From NCBI GenBank assembly GCA_050084515.1, contig CM114271.1:558001-622000 (forward strand): a stretch of DNA of 64,000 nucleotides, given 5' to 3'. The DNA comes from Blasia pusilla. Lineage: Eukaryota. Under the pieces are notes generated by a model. The model had not been told where the DNA came from, did no database searches, and saw nothing but the letters and a program-made list of their open reading frames with translations. A program made the position numbers and the translations under genes. Positions 1 through 12,281 of the stretch are shown in pieces. Position 1 is the first letter of the stretch; each line of letters opens with the position of its first letter.

Positions 1-701
1 TGAGTGTCTTATCTTTTGTTTAGGAATGTATGGATGGTGACAACAATATATATTATGTAGCGATGTTCATACTCACATCATAACATATACCACATTTGAA
101 TCCTTTCATACTTGATTTTATTTAATATTGACCTTAGCTTAAGGGAAAATGGAAAAAAGATTTAAGTTATCTTTCAATTTCTTTTTGATGTTTTTTCACT
201 TTTTTTTGGGTAGTTCCCAATGTTTGGCATTTTTTATACAAATTAAGTGCTTGGATTTTTCCTTTTCTCCCTCCTATTTTATTATTTAACTTAAAATATA
301 CTCTCTCTTTTTAAATCCCATGTCTTCCTCCTATTCATTAAGATTTATCTTAAATTTTATTTTTAATATTTTTTTGAAAATCCCAAGTCTCCTTAATATT
401 CAAATTTTTTCTCATCTTCTAAAAAATTTGAGGAAATTTTTTTTTGAACTTTCAAGCGTGATTGGGAGGATAATTTAAACTTTATTTTGGAAGTAAAAAT
501 TTGGGTCAAAAGAATACATTTTCAAAATGATGAGAGGTAAGAAGGTTTTCTACTTTTAAATAAAGGGTTTTCAAATTAGATTTTCAATCGTCATAATTAT
601 TAAGTCAAAAATTATAGATATGATTATTTATATCAGATTATTGCATGTGAAACTCCTTCTTGGGACATGTTTCCAAGGGTTTCAAATTTGTTTCCCTAAC
701 T

Positions 702-760
702 TATTTAATACCTAACAAACAAAGAACTACATTTGTTCTTTGTTTGTTAGGTATTAAATA
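702..760. repeat. Perfect hairpin, 26-bp arms with 7-nt loop
   Basis: tatttaatacctaacaaacaaagaac-tacattt-gttctttgtttgttaggtattaaata. Confidence 0.9.
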
Positions 761-3166
761 TCCAACTAAAAAAGTTTCAAGTCAAAATTCAGGATGTTAG
801 AAACATATTTATGAAAGTCCTTATCCAACCGAGAAAGTTTCATGTGACACTTACATTGCCAAAAATATTTCATAAAAGTAGACAATGAAATGTTTCTCCC
901 ATTGTAAGAACTTCATTGGATACTTTGAACTTTTTCATTTCCATCCACTCAATTGTATGGGCTCCAAATTACTAGTGTTATTTACTGATTCGTCTGATTT
1001 TCTTTCGAAATAAGACAACACTAGTATAGAAACCATGCTATGCAAGAAGACAAATAATCAGGTTGCCATATAAATTTTAAACAAAATTTTTGTAGCTCAT
1101 GTTACTGAAATATTCTTTTCCCATTGGCATATACTATATTAGAAAATAAAAAATCACCATCCCCTAATGATATAGATGACGCTCCATGTTTTTTCTTTTT
1201 TAAATGGCCTTATTTACCAGGTTCTTTCCGTACATAGTAATACTCCTTCGAATGAGAATACAAATTTCTGAAACACATGCTACGGATACGGATCATGTAA
1301 TTCCATTTGTTTAGACAAAACGAGTACTAAACAATCACTTTCGTTTGTATTTATTAGAGTAATAAAATAAATAAAACACTCACAATTTAAAAAATATTAT
1401 AAAATTTTGTCTCGAACATACGTGGCATAAGACGTTCACCTCCACTAAGTTTACGCAATGCACGTGAGCAGTGAGTAGTCCATCACAGATTCTGGGCTGT
1501 ATCGGGGTGGGGATACACAAGCCTTGCGCGTAGGGGCGTGCCTAAACATCCGCCCTAGCTTCTCGCAGATTTCTAAGGGCAGTTGTCGATTCCAGGCGGG
1601 GGATGGTATCATGGTAATAGAGGGAATAGGAAGCCATAGTGGCGGGACTCTACCGGATCTGAAAGCCACGGAATACGAGCCGGAGCACAGAGAGGGAGCG
1701 GGCCACGGTCAGTGGAAACGAATCTGGTCGCACACAGGACGATCACGCGTGAGCCGCAGCATTCGGGTCGACGGTTGGCGATGGGAGGAACAAAAGGCCG
1801 ATGTATTCGTGTACGCAGATTTGGCTCGAAAATATGCCGCACATGAAGTGTTCTATGATTGGGGTAGACTAACCCGAACGCTCTAGTGGAAACGAATCCG
1901 GTGCAGGTTTGGAGGAACATGGTGGGCTCGAAAGTGGTCGGGTTCTACAGGGTGGAAAGTTTATCCGAGCGCGGTGTGGAGACGAATCGGGAGGAGGTTA
2001 GAGTCTCGCGAGGAACATGCTCGGCTCACACTGTCCAGCCGACTGTGTGATGGCAGATGTACTCATACCCGCGGAGCGTTGACGAGATAGTAGGGCCGCG
2101 CTGCAGTGGTACCTCTCAGTCGGTACATTCTACGTGTCGGGGCTGTGCAGCAACGGGTCACGGGGTTTAGACTAAGACGTGCCGAGGAACTAGCCTGACG
2201 AGTGGAAGATCTACCACGATTGTCATAAGGATCACGGTGATAAGCCATAGATTCGTTCTTTTACCTTCCCGACCGCAAAAGTGTGTTCACGGTCGTGGAA
2301 CCCTCAATCCACTCTCGTGCGGGTAGTGTGGCAGTTGCACTATCGTCGCTGCATTGTTTGGCAACAATGAATTGAGTCTGGGCACGGCACCAGCAGATCT
2401 AACAAAAGCCGCTCGTTCACCTCGAAACAACCCAAAAGGATAAGGGGACAATACCTGTCGAGTGTGCGCAGGTATGGGGTCTCTACAGTCAACTCCGGAG
2501 CAGAAAACGACGACGAATGACATGACCAGCAAGGTACGCTTCCCATGTACATAGACGGGAATTCACAATTGAAAACGGTTCATCCTAGTTTGAAATTGAA
2601 ACCTCTGTCCTGCATTTTGCAAATATGGGTGTCCGGACTCAGCAATTGAAAGCCCGAGGCTTCCGACATTAGGTCGAGGATACATCCTTTCATCGATTGC
2701 GTTTAGGGTTCAAAGTCCCCCCATTCAAGGGAGAGTCTGCACAGAAACGGGACGTGAGGCGTCCTCGAATTTTTCCGTACATTTGGGAAAATTGAGCTGC
2801 CACGCGGAGAATGCAATCCAATTCGCGAAAGATATGTGGTCTGAAGGAATCTTTTCATAAACCAAATTGATATGGGCCTAAGATCAAGTGGAGGGATATA
2901 ATAGCTAAGCCTCCACCGACGTCTCTATCTGGCAAATGCACGACAATCTACATACACATCACTGCCAACATTCAGCCGATTATCAAAATCCAATTGGAAC
3001 TACGGCCTCTTTTTAACTCCGGCAGACAGGTGTGCAGAACAAAGTACTGGGAACGCTAAGATCGAGTGTTGGAAGACCATCCATATGAAACAACACGCCC
3101 AAGTTGTACATAGCCTCAAAAGAAATTTAATCAAGCTGAGAATCCCTACTGAGGCACAGGGCCAAT

Positions 3167-3213
3167 AAGGAGTGCCATATCCTCGCTTTAAAGGAGTGCC
3201 ATATCCTCGCTTT
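3167..3213. repeat. 24-bp tandem duplication
   Basis: aaggagtgccatatcctcgcttt occurs twice head-to-tail. Confidence 0.9.
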
Positions 3214-4052
3214 GCGAAGTACAGGCAGAGCTCCCACAATAAAGTGCCCTCAGAACCAGTTCACACACTAGACTACGGGTCAAGAGTCCAGGGGTTAACA
3301 AGTCCCCTCACGCATATTATCTCATGCGCGTATGAAAGTTAAATCGTTCTTCAAATGCACTTTGCACAGCTTGACGAAGTGATTTCACGACAAGACCACT
3401 GTTTGGCAGGAAAATTGACAGTACTTTACGTATATCACCTTCTCCTTTAATCCCTGGTAGCTAGTGGCCAGATCCTGTGCGTAGAATGCAAATCCACTCA
3501 GTTGAATGCCCATGCAGGCAGAGTGACAAAAGCCCGTCATAGTTGGTCATGAGAGCTGCGAAACTGCACAGAATAGTAGCACGGAATGACTCAGCGTACA
3601 GATTCCCCCCTATTTTGAGCCTCGAAAATGACATGCAAGGCAAGAAAACGACAGAGAACCACACCAACGGAGGCAGATGCATCTTTAAGGACAGATTTCA
3701 GCCAAAACTACGGAACTTCTCAAAAAACTTAAGTGTGCATAGATGTGTGCACACGAGGAGTCTTACAGAGGAGTGGTAAGACAGAAGAGTATTGAGATTA
3801 CTAACAAAGATTACATACTCAGGGCCACTACTCCCACTGGACAGATCGGGTCAGTTGCCTACACTAAGCTACGAATGATAGTGGCCGTCACCCCTCTCCC
3901 CCTTCCAAAATAAATGAGAACTTCTGTAGAAAATGATGTACCCCACGGGCTGCCCGCGGCTGGCAGCCAAGAACAATGCGTGTCATTACAAGGGTACTCT
4001 TGCGAAGGGCAACCTGCCCCTAAAGCTACAAAATGACTGCAGCCCAACCCCA

Positions 4053-6604
4053 TTACGTACGGGCCCTTTTGTTGCTGCACGATGGACATTTGTAATGTTT
4101 AATATGCTCTGCTCTTGCCGGCGTAATCTTCACACATTTGCCGTGGAACCACTTCTCACAGCTATCACATCCTATCCAAAATTCGTCGGCTGTGTAGTTT
4201 CCTCCACAGCTTCCACAAAATGTATCCCCATGCTCTTCGTCATCCTCTTCCAAAGTCTCCTCTTCCTCTTTAGGAGGGGGTGGAAGAGGCTTTGAAGGCT
4301 TGGCCTGCACTGGAGCTTCTCGCTGCTGGGACAGACAACATACACGTGGTCAAGAAGAAGGGTAAGTATTTAGAGGTTTACCCATTCTTTCTGTGAAGAC
4401 CGGAATTCCGGTGTACAATAAATTTCTGGCAGTAGAATTGGAAAACCTTTGGAGGACCTGGGAAGAAGCACTTTCATACTGATGAATTATTGGAAACGAT
4501 GTAGTCCGCTGTACGAGGAATTGTGACAACGAAGTACAGCTGACAATCCACTCATTATGCACTTGAACAACTTAGATCCAACAGAGAAAAAATCGTTACA
4601 GTGACCAACCATAACAGACTATTACCACGACCAACAAACAGGCACCCGTGAGCAAACTCTTAAAGATTCTCAGAGGTAGAATTTGAGATCCGCAATTTCC
4701 CACATGACAGACGCATATTCGGGTAAACGATTTTCCAGCTCCAATTCACATTGCATCTGGAGTACGGGGAGCTCACCACTTTGGAGCCAGTGGACTTCGC
4801 CTTGTTACCACCTCCAGTGTTATTGACGCTCGTCTTCTCTTTCACTGGCTTCTTTCCAGTGACTACGTCAAATACTGTTGGCAGCTCATTGATCATATTA
4901 AAGAGTCGTTTCCTGAAAGGTCGATCGAATATGATTTCAGCATAAGTAAACTACGAAATACTTGGAGGACATGCAAACAACTCAATTTGACACTCCAAGG
5001 AAATTCCGATGCTATCAAAATCTACATGACCCAAATGAGTATTCTTCCGACCATAGAGGAGCCCAATCATTTACGAAAACGTGGAGGTCAGCCAGGTCAT
5101 GTTTCAACGGCAACGTCCAAAATGAGAAAAGTATCATCTCGGAGGATGAGACGCCGTAACTTCCTCTCCATCCAGGTTTATCTCGGAATCACGATGTGAA
5201 GGATACAAATGCGGATAGAACTTAAGACTGTGAGACTGTCAAAAAGCTGATCAAGGTGTATACTGACATTCCATGCGGCTTCAAGTACTTCGAAGAAGGA
5301 AACTGGATCTCACATCTGACTACTATACAAAAATGGCACTAGTTTGTCGGCGAGTAGAATGCGACCAGCCTCCCAAACTAGTCGGACGATTAAGCATCTA
5401 CATACCCGAAACAAGGACTAATCCATCTATAACTGCTCGGTTCAGTTCAGTTTGCGTTGCCTTCTCGATGGCAGTGACCAAATTTGGAAAGAGTGCCAGG
5501 ACCAAAGTTGGTCGCAGTGCACCCATGTATCCGCAAAAAGGGGGAAGGCGGACCTTCATTTGTGCAGGAGTTAACACAACAACATTTGGATTTAGGCTGT
5601 ACAAAAAGTTCCATTTCTGGTTCTCGGCGAGGTTAGCTAACGGCGTCGTATTCGCATAAAAGGAGCTCATCAAGGTTGTGCGCCAAGGCGTAGGCACGAG
5701 CCGATGCTGACCTTTCATTCTTATCAAGCCGGGCACCGTAAAAATAAGAGACGGCAAGAAGCCAAGCATCACTGTGGACGGCCACTAGTGATAGCCAATC
5801 CTTCCGCAACATGCCATCTCTCGCAAAGTTGATCCCAAGTGCGGGCTCTGGGAGCTCCGGAGGAACCTCTTCCGAGGGCAAGTTAACTTCCCAACCTTCA
5901 TCCGGAAAGCCGTAGAGACACAGATTCTCTTTCTCTGCACAAAGATGTCACATTATACGTCGGTCACGACCAAAGAAGATACCGTGGGAGCTAAGCAACA
6001 TTCTGGCAACGGAAGAGTCGCTCGAAAGGACTCCTCCCGGAAACCTAAACATGACAACACGAAGAAAATTTCCAACTACAAAAACTAGTGAAATCGGATG
6101 CCAACCTGGATCGCACTGGAGGAAGAATTCCTCCACATCTGCACAGAACCGAAGCCAAGGTAGATATCAGTTTCCAGCGAACAATTGTCGGACAGAGACC
6201 ACAACTGACAGCCTCACGGACGACTCCCACACTCAACGCCAGACCACCTCCAAGGCCTCGAGACAATCAGCCCGAGACCTTTAAATTCTCGCCGCAGTTG
6301 AAGTCGCCTCGACGGTTGGACGGCGCAGTGGTACATGAGAAACGAAGCCTTCATCAATTGGTAGGAACGCAGATCAGCGAAAAAGAGAGCGTCGAAGCGA
6401 CTAGTACTTAATGCCTAGGGGAGAACGATCAAGAATAACTCCTGGGAGAGAGTTGCAGGCACGAGGTAAGAAGCAAAACGAGGCGCCTCCGTTTCAACAC
6501 TTACCGGAAGTCAAGGCCTTGAGCATTCCTGCCCGCCGACCTTTGAAATCCTTGAAGACTTCTTCGACAGAACGAGGGTCAGTGGACATCGACCCTCCCT
6601 CCAT
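4053..6604 (-). CDS. AL: Alfin-like PHD-finger protein (~254 aa). Exons 6604-6505, 6138-6106, 5934-5712, 4912-4777, 4325-4053
   Basis: Spliced translation [55 protein letters not shown]...[18 protein letters not shown]...[15 protein letters not shown] (Alfin/PAL domain) and a C-terminal [50 protein letters not shown]. All introns are GT-AG and the phases are consistent. Confidence 0.95.
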
Positions 6605-9600
6605 TGCACCAAGAGCCTCTCAGACCACGCTTACAAAGAAAGTTAGCCCGGAAAACCCTCCGAACTCCTATCCACTAGAGAGCAACCTACACAGTCTTCA
6701 AGATAGGCGCCACAAACTCAGTCGAGAAAAAGTTGCAAGAGCAGGGGGAAGAGATATTGTTAACAAGACTCCATGTCACACTAGAGCTTCCCAGCGGGCG
6801 GCTACGCATCTTGGAAACTCTTCTGCTCTACCCCACCGTTGTCTGCTAATCTAATCCTCAGATCAGAGACCCAAGCGACAGTCACTCACCCTCGCCCCGT
6901 CTTTTAAAAGTCGACACGGCAAAAACTCCGCACAAGAAGAAAGTGGGCAAAACGCTCGAACCTACCAAAAACGAGGCTGCCTACTATCGATGTGTCCACT
7001 CTCCCTCACCCTCTCCCCCTCCCTCTCTCGCTCTCTCCGTTTACCACTCTCCCTCCGAAACCCCAAACCAAACACCGTAGGCAGCCGAGCAGTATAAGTC
7101 CGTCTGGAGAGGATAAAGAGCGCTGCAGATGCAGTCGCTCACGAACGCGGGAGAAAGCGGAACAAAGCCCAGCGACCTGGATGTGACGAGAAGCGTGCGA
7201 GGAAGCAGGCCGCAGAGGGAGGCAGAAACGCGCAAGGCAGCAAATCGACCTCTTGTTCGCCCTCTTCCTCTATTCGGGCTGGCTTCCTTCCTTCCTTCCT
7301 TCCTTGACTCTCTCTCTCCCTCTCTCTCTCAATGTCGCTGGCTGGCTGGTTGCGGCAACGAAACAAACGAGCACAAGGTTAGGCATGAGGCCAGCCCCGG
7401 GCTTGGCTTCGGTCTGGGCTTCTGCAGCACGCAAGCAGAGACGGAGGCAGAACAGGACGGAAACCCCCACAGCATTATGTATGTACATGTCATGTAGATC
7501 CATATTATGATGATCATGCATATCCATTGTGTAGTCGTATCGCGGGCAGGCATGGATGGAATCAGGGATTGAAGGAAGGAATTACCTCGCCCGCATGGAC
7601 TGTGGCTGCCTGCCCACCTTCCCGGTCATGGTAACTGGTGAAGCTCATTCCGCACCTGGCTGGCCTGACCTGGCTCGTCCGTGTCCAGGCAATTGCGGGT
7701 CGGCGGGCCTGAAGCCGGTGAACATCGCGGCTCCGCGCGACGCAAAGTGATGTAGTAGTGGAGTGTGCCGGCGGAGGATGTACGGACCGGGAAACAACGC
7801 CGGGAACTGCGGTTCGGAACTGTCCTCCGGGTTGACGATATATATGTGATTACAGCGACCTGCGGCATTGATTCGATTGCGCTTTTACCGTCCGCAAAGA
7901 CCGAGAACTCAGGATGCCGTCCAGTAATACCGAAGATTAACTAACACCGCTGGATCAGCATCGAGCGGCACAGGACGGATCCCGATCCAACCCGACCCGA
8001 CCCGTCCCGATCCGTAACACCCTCACCTGCGAAAACCCGATTCGCCCAACTCGGCCCTCCCGAACCCAGCGGCCCAACGCCGTTAGGTTACTTGGACGTA
8101 CTTCAACCATGGTAGTTTGTCCGTTTCTAGCCGTTCCGCCCGGAGCCACTTTCAGATCTTTCCTTTCACTTCGAGGACACCTCTCTCTCACTGCACAGTA
8201 CAAACAACCTATATAAGAAAAATAAAGAATTCGTGACGTGTAGCCGTCAGATCTTCATATCGACGTTGCGGACTCCCCTCCTGAGTTTTTCGAAAGTCTT
8301 AACTGCGTCGAGATGTGCCAGGCTTACATAAGCAATACGTTTCCTGCCCGCTACCATACAAAACAGAACGACGACAGAAACTCCAAAGGCCCACGACTTT
8401 TACGTAACTTGTTTTCGTTGCCGGTGAGGTTAATGTGTTTACTACGGTTACGGTACCATATACCCTTTCGGTTATGTGTTATCCCGTCGTGCTATCGTCC
8501 AAAACCCGGTGCCTCTCAGGACATTCCCCCAAGCGAGAACCTTTTTCCGATTTTTACCATTTTTGAATTGGAAGACCTTTTTCCAACACCTGACTACATT
8601 TAATGTCCACAATAAAATTATTTGTTTCTACGCCTACGGAAATTGCATGCGTTTGAATTTTCTGACACTGTGATTCATGACGAGTAATTTATTTTTCGCA
8701 AATAACGAAATCCATATTAAATTAGGAAATTCCTCTCCGAAATGCCTATTCCCGGCCATCGTCCCATACAAACAAACCATAGTCATCGCGAACTAGTTGC
8801 GATTATAGGATATTTATGCGCACTTTTTAACTGCTGCCCGACGCACTTCAGCCGGGAACCTGTGACACCGCAGCTGCGTATATGGGAAAGCGAATATGGG
8901 AAATTTGCCAGCGATATGGGACTAGTTGAGAGGGTAGAATAATGTGTATGGAGTGACCGTAAGGGCCACTCAAAGCTGCCCCTTGGCCAATTTTACGGCC
9001 CAAGGAGAAATTGCAATAATGGCATGGCCACGTATTGAGCTCAGATCTGCACTTTTTAAAACAATCTTTTCTGTAAAATCTATATGTTTAAGAATATATT
9101 CCTTTAGCCATTGGCTACGGTGAATCTAACCTTACGGGGTACCTCTCTAAGTACCCCTTTTAGATATACGATTGTTTTTTAACCTTCATTTAAAAGAACA
9201 TGGTTGGTTATCGTGATTATTTCTATGTCATTCTTCCAAAATATAGGAAAAATTACTACAAATTTTGATGTTTTCAAAAGAAAAACAAATATTTGGACAG
9301 CCTCAACATGTCTTCTTGGATATCATATGCAACACTATTGAATAATTTGGCACATACAAGACCCCACACTTGGAATTCCAACAACGTGGATAGCATATTG
9401 GTACACCAGTTAGGATCCATGAGGGGACCGTCACGGTCCACTCCATGGTCCCTAAAGCTCGTTAAATGAATGCCCCCCTCCCCCTAGCCCTCCATGTATC
9501 CCTTGCCACGACACGTGGTGAATTCTCCCGTGTCGCAATCAGAAAAACGCTCCTCTGTTAATAGTATAGATTATTAATCAATTGTGAGGTTGAAGGGAGA

Positions 9601-10140
9601 CATATTTTGAATGCAATAAATATGAGTACTTATCTAATGGAACCCGGTAAATTATGGGCATTGCTTCAATGGTAGGAAGACCAATTTCAAAGAGAACTTG
9701 CAATCCAACTTCATGAGGATGAATCTAGCAAGAGAGTGGATCGACCTATAGAGATCCCATCTACAATGACATACATAGATTGGTTGGTCTGAGAGGATTG
9801 TATGTGCAAGGGTGAGATACCTCGCACACATTTTGGGCTAAAGAAAGAGTTGCTCATCAACCAATTACCTTATAAAAGTATGAGTACATGCCATTACTTT
9901 GATATTGGAAATATGGAGGCATCCAATCAGTCTATGCATTTTTTTACAATTTGATGTTTCTTTTGATATGAGATTGTGGTTTGATTGAAAACTGTTTAGG
10001 GCATGTTGATCCAACACCTAGAGGATATGGTTACACAAAAACAAACAAGTCCATCCCTATGAAGGACATAGATGGACAAGTTTGGACATGCCCGCGGACA
10101 TGAATTGCAAGAGGATGGTGAGAACGTTGATGATGATGAC

Positions 10141-10478
10141 TGTAACCATCCTTTGTTAGTCATAGTTAAGTTAGAATCTATGACATGAAACGCATAAATG
10201 GGAAAGAATCAACCAAAAAGAGAAAAGACAAGATACATGAGATAAAGATGAGAGTGGGGCCATAGGTTGGTGAAAAGGGAGATAATGATGAGGTTGGGAC
10301 ATTAGACTCCAAAGGAGATTCTCTCATGCTATGAGAGTAGGACATGTGGCATAAGGATAGGTAGAGCTTATTTGTCTTCATTGTACCTATCTCTAAGTAT
10401 ATAAAGGAAGAGGAGAGGCCTTGAGGGCATTCTACCTTTGAGCAACTCTAGAGTGGTTCCGTGAGCAGGAGAGTTACA
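10141..10478 (+). repeat. 5' LTR (338 bp)
   Basis: tgtaaccatc...gagttaca; about 14 substitutions and 1 indel versus the 3' LTR by manual count. Confidence 0.95.
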
Positions 10479-10479
10479 A

Positions 10480-10491
10480 TGGTATTAGAGT
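10480..10491 (+). promoter_or_regulatory. Primer-binding site, tRNA-iMet type (degenerate)
   Basis: tggtattagagt directly after the 5' LTR, versus the consensus tggtatcagagc. Confidence 0.75.
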
Positions 10492-10638
10492 TAGGTTGTT
10501 CTTCCAACGAGAGTGGATTACCCCTCTTGGAAGGATGACTAAGTAATGATATATTTTTTAGTGTAGATAGGTTGTTAGAGGCTGGCAGTGGCTATAGAAC
10601 TGCAAGTAGAGTAAGGGAGAAGGGCTGTTTTGCAGGTA

Positions 10639-11073
10639 ATGGATGGAGGGGGAGCGAGAGTGGCTCCTAATTTCCCGTTTCTTAATCCGTTCACCATCAA
10701 ACTCTTATATGTAGATAGACACTGGTTCACGAGATACCTCGTATATCACTTTGGTGAAGTTTTCATGACGCAAGTGATGGAGTCTCGCTATCCGGTGATC
10801 CTCCCTATTGTTACATATGATCGTGTGTGGGATTTCACTATTTTATATATTTTTTTAGAGGAGATATGGGGAATAGATCTGAATAGGCCCCCACAAGTGT
10901 TTTTTAACACTCGATGTATAGTCCATGTGGTTTGTCAACCTAAGATAGCATATAGAGAGTTTATGGTGAGGAAGTTTGGCCAAGAGTATTATAATGAAGT
11001 CATTGCGTCAACACTGCCTTTTGTAGTCCCTATTGTGCGAAATTGGCAGGTGTATATCTTGATCTTATATTAG
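10639..11073 (+). CDS. Extra ORF of unknown function in the retrotransposon leader
   Basis: Uninterrupted ~144-codon ORF between PBS and gag; no motif recognised. Confidence 0.35.
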   Translation: MDGGGARVAPNFPFLNPFTIKLLYVDRHWFTRYLVYHFGEVFMTQVMESRYPVILPIVTYDRVWDFTILYIFLEEIWGIDLNRPPQVFFNTRCIVHVVCQPKIAYREFMVRKFGQEYYNEVIASTLPFVVPIVRNWQVYILILY

Positions 11074-11111
11074 AGTGATAGTAAAGGGTCAGGGGGAAAG
11101 TCGGAGCGATC

Positions 11112-12281
11112 ATGGAAGAAACTTTGAGGGATATGATTCGTGAATTGAGAGAGTTGAGAGTTGCATTTGATCAAAGTCAAAACCAAGTCCAAGAATTAGT
11201 GCAAGAAGTTACTTCGGTCAGAAATATGAGAGTAGAGAGAGAGAGAGAGAGAGTTCTTCCGATAGATGGGATGGAGAAGGAAACCACGAGTGTCGTGACT
11301 TCTGGGGAGAGTGACGAAACCTTAAGGGCATAAGCATTGGAGGCCCAAGCAGCACAAAGAGTGATGGAGATGAATGCTCAAGCCTCATTGATATTGAAAA
11401 TGACAAAGGCATGCAAGGTAGAACCGTACAAAGGAAGTCGAGCCATGGGGGTATTAGAGGGTTGGATCACTCGGATGGAAATCCATTTATCCCTTTTCAA
11501 CATTGATGATCATATTGCAGGGATGTTCGTAAGATCTTGGTTAATCGATCGAGCATTGACATGGTATCAAGGATGGGAGAGATCCTTGATTGAAACAACT
11601 CAACAAATTACATGGAGTGGAATGAAGCAAGGGCTACTGCAAAATTTCCAAGCTGTGGATCCAATCCTCAATGCTAGAATGAAATTATGGCGACTGGAGC
11701 AGAAAAGAACTGTGGAGGACTACATCGAAGAGTTTCGTGACTTGCAGATACAAATCCGCGACATGAGTGGGCCAGAAGCTCTCGATCTGTTTAAGAGAGG
11801 TTTGAAGAAGAAGGTGCGTCAAGAGGTGATTCGAGACAACCCAAAAGATATCAATGAAGCAATCGCATGTGCCCAACGTATGGCAAATGTGTACGAAGGA
11901 GGAGGAGAGGTGGTTGCTTCGATGAACAACCAATATGGACCCACACCCATGGAGTTGGGTAACCTTCGAGCACGAGATGGTTATGCGCCGCGAAGGTATA
12001 ATGGAAGGTTGCCAATGGAGAGAGATCGGAATCCCAACATAGAAGGGATTGCTCCTCAAACCGACAAGGTCGAGGTTCTTGGAGGAGGGAGAGAATTCGA
12101 AGTCCGAAGAGATACACACCAATATTTTGAGTGTGGTAGATATGGTCATATAGCCATGAATTGTCGTCTTCGTAGGCTCGGAAATAGGCCATATCGTCGT
12201 CCCCTTAATCATCTTGAAGGAGGGCATATGCAGGAAGATGACGAAGAAGGCGGACCTCAGGGAAACGCCAACCACCAGTAA
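11112..12281 (+). pseudogene. gag: gag with one in-frame stop
   Basis: Coiled-coil N-terminus, retrotransposon gag core (ARMKLWRLEQKRTVEDYIEEF), PTPMELG motif, degenerate zinc knuckle YFECGRYGHIAMNC; stop at 11331-11333. Confidence 0.85.
12260..12266 (+). promoter_or_regulatory. -1 ribosomal frameshift slippery site G GGA AAC
   Basis: X XXY YYZ heptamer in the gag frame just before the gag stop; the -1 frame is open from 12260 into the protease. Confidence 0.75.

Noticed and set aside
3167-3213. CRISPR-like repeat
   Set aside because: Only two adjacent units, no spacer, eukaryotic context.
5273-5700. ORFs of 124-128 aa within Alfin intron 3
   Set aside because: They lie between valid splice sites of the conserved gene and encode nothing recognisable.
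9490-9572. Helitron-like 5' end (reverse of tctatactattaa); similar sequence at ~48433
   Set aside because: No matching 3' hairpin/CTAG end could be assigned; too short to call.
11685-12275. 196-aa antisense ORF over gag
   Set aside because: Shadow of the gag reading frame with no independent evidence.
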